A DNA stretch of 64,000 bases, from positions 134,168,001 to 134,232,000 of the forward strand of contig OX597817.1 of assembly GCA_951406725.2 (NCBI GenBank), written 5' to 3'. The first letter of the stretch is position 1. Each line of letters starts with the position of its first letter. The position numbers and the translations under genes were made by a program. Source of the DNA: Octopus vulgaris. Its lineage: Eukaryota. The notes under the pieces were generated by a model. That model was not told where the DNA came from. It searched no databases and worked only from the letters and a program-made list of their open reading frames with translations. This document shows positions 63,731-64,000 of this stretch, piece by piece.

Positions 63731-64000
63731 TTAACCCATTGCCTGCCATGAGCCCCATTCGGGGATCTGCTAAAAACAGTCTCACTGCTGGTTGTTCGTT
63801 GTATTTAAAGTGAATTGCTTATGTACATCGTTGCATTTGTAGAAGTGTGTTTAACAATATTTAGTTGTTAAAGTTTGTCAATATTAGCTCTGGCTAATTC
63901 TAGAGGACACTGCATGTCATAAATCGCAATTTTTTAACTACAAAAATATTGACTGTTTTGAAACTATTTTTTCCCCATTTCCATCATTCATTGATATTTC
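63731..64000. mobile_element. Possible piggyBac-type MITE left end
   Basis: TTAA followed by CCCATTGCCTGCC; partner end not in window. Confidence 0.3.

Overview
AT-rich, microsatellite-dense eukaryotic DNA with no host protein-coding gene I can support, so it is probably intergenic or a large intron. The tRNA-headed SINE families and (TA)n/(CA)n/(TAA)n landscape look like an octopus (coleoid cephalopod) genome; this is inferred from recalled SINE sequences, not from a search. Contents: dozens of SINE copies in about 5 families (my labels A-E); decayed LINEs (RTE, two R4/Dong-like RLE elements, CR1-like, Penelope fragments); decayed DNA transposons (Tc1/mariner, pogo/Tigger MITE, hAT end, Chapaev-like); three non-autonomous Helitrons. 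Nearly all supplied ORFs are spurious or TE remnants. Most notable: (1) a ~465-bp head-to-head palindrome at 55514-55978 whose arms each carry a tRNA-type Pol III promoter followed by a minimal hammerhead-ribozyme motif; (2) a second ~250-bp non-coding repeat family with a minimal type-I hammerhead (43.3 and 61.3 kb); (3) an endonuclease-deleted RTE LINE with an inverted 5' segment and a 32-bp duplicated breakpoint, resembling twin priming; (4) a pre-miRNA-sized hairpin at 4982-5049; (5) TAA-repeat nests of SINEs and Dong-like LINEs. Coordinates were read by eye, so ends of degenerate elements are approximate.
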